NCBI RefSeq assembly: GCF_000018105.1
Contig: NC_009925.1
Location: 6,030,001 to 6,062,000, forward strand
DNA length: 32,000 bases
Source of the DNA: Acaryochloris marina MBIC11017
GTDB taxonomy: Bacteria > Cyanobacteriota > Cyanobacteriia > Thermosynechococcales > Thermosynechococcaceae
Reading direction: 5' to 3'
Part shown: positions 31,568 to 32,000 of the stretch, in pieces
How the letters are laid out: each line of letters begins with the position of its first letter
Position numbering within the stretch: position 1 is the first letter of the stretch
The notes under the pieces: generated by a model
The model's input: only the letters and a program-made list of their open reading frames with translations
What the model was told of the DNA's origin: nothing
Database searches by the model: none
Position numbers and translations under genes: made by a program

Positions 31568-32000
31568 TAGCTTTGCTCTTGTGATTACGCCTCATTGTCG
31601 TGCAACCGCCCGAGCCATTGCTGAGGAAGAGATTACCTTGTGCGTGGGTGATACGAGCTTTTTAGATTACGGAGGCATCAAGAAGAAGCGTCAAGGCTAT
31701 GGTCCTCAAGGCAATGGGGGAAATGGCTTATTGCTCCACAGTGCCTTAGCTGTTGACCCGGCGCAGGGTCAGCCGTTGGGGTTGCTATGGCAAAAGGTAT
31801 GGAATCGTCAGCATCGACCCCAGCCTCCGAAAAAGGAAACCCCGCGACAAAAGAAGAAGCGTCAGGCAAAGGCGCGAAAAGCTTCTCGGAATCGACCGTT
31901 TGAGCAAAAGGAATCCTATCGTTGGGTGGAGGCCATGCAAGCCGTAGAGAAAATAGTGAGTCCGTCAACCCGCACCATCCATGTGTTCGACCGAGAAGGA
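31568..32000 (+). pseudogene. Continuation of the Tn5-like (IS4-family) transposase, runs off the window
   Basis: The frame containing 31644 is open to 32000. It reads (T)SFALVITPHCRATARAIAEEEITLCVGDTSFLDYGG...GLLLHSALAVDP...ESYRWVEAM...TIHVFDREG. This gives the first catalytic Asp context (GDTS), the E-x-YRW motif and the DREGD-type second Asp context typical of Tn5-like transposases. Confidence 0.75.

Noticed and set aside
31678-31968. ORFs 31678-31968 (-) and 31753-31947 (+)
   Set aside because: They are off-frame or antisense to the frame that gives clear Tn5-like transposase motifs (GDTS, YRW, DREG).

Overview
32-kb cyanobacterial chromosomal segment, judged from seven HIP1 GCGATCGC palindromes and CHAT/CHASE2/pentapeptide/SLH gene content. 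It falls into three blocks. (i) 0.9-13.5 kb is a tightly organised cell-envelope module with no assigned function, and it is the main candidate for a novel system. On the + strand it has an exported TPR-CHAT protease, a Cys-rich secreted orphan and a TPS/filamentous-haemagglutinin-type exoprotein. These converge on a translationally coupled minus-strand operon: sigma70-like factor > DUF1822-like > CHAT-CHASE2 membrane sensor-protease > DUF928-like secreted protein. A canonical-looking NtcA-type promoter precedes that operon. (ii) 13.8-25.3 kb is a signalling island. A hybrid histidine kinase with HPt is followed 45 nt later by a 1582-aa ammonium-transporter(Amt)-GAF-PAS-GAF-hybrid-kinase fusion. 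Both are divergent from a REC-PAS-GAF-PP2C phosphatase and a V4R protein. (iii) 25.4-32 kb is an IS-rich accessory end. It holds an intact IS1 with perfect 23-bp IRs and an 8-bp target duplication, a pentapeptide-repeat membrane protein, an SLHx3-CAP fusion and an IS630 element. It also holds a decayed Tn5-like IS4 transposase gene split by a second IS630 element. No rRNA, tRNA or CRISPR array was seen. All family calls rest on motif recognition by eye and on remembered family signatures; none has been verified by a database search.
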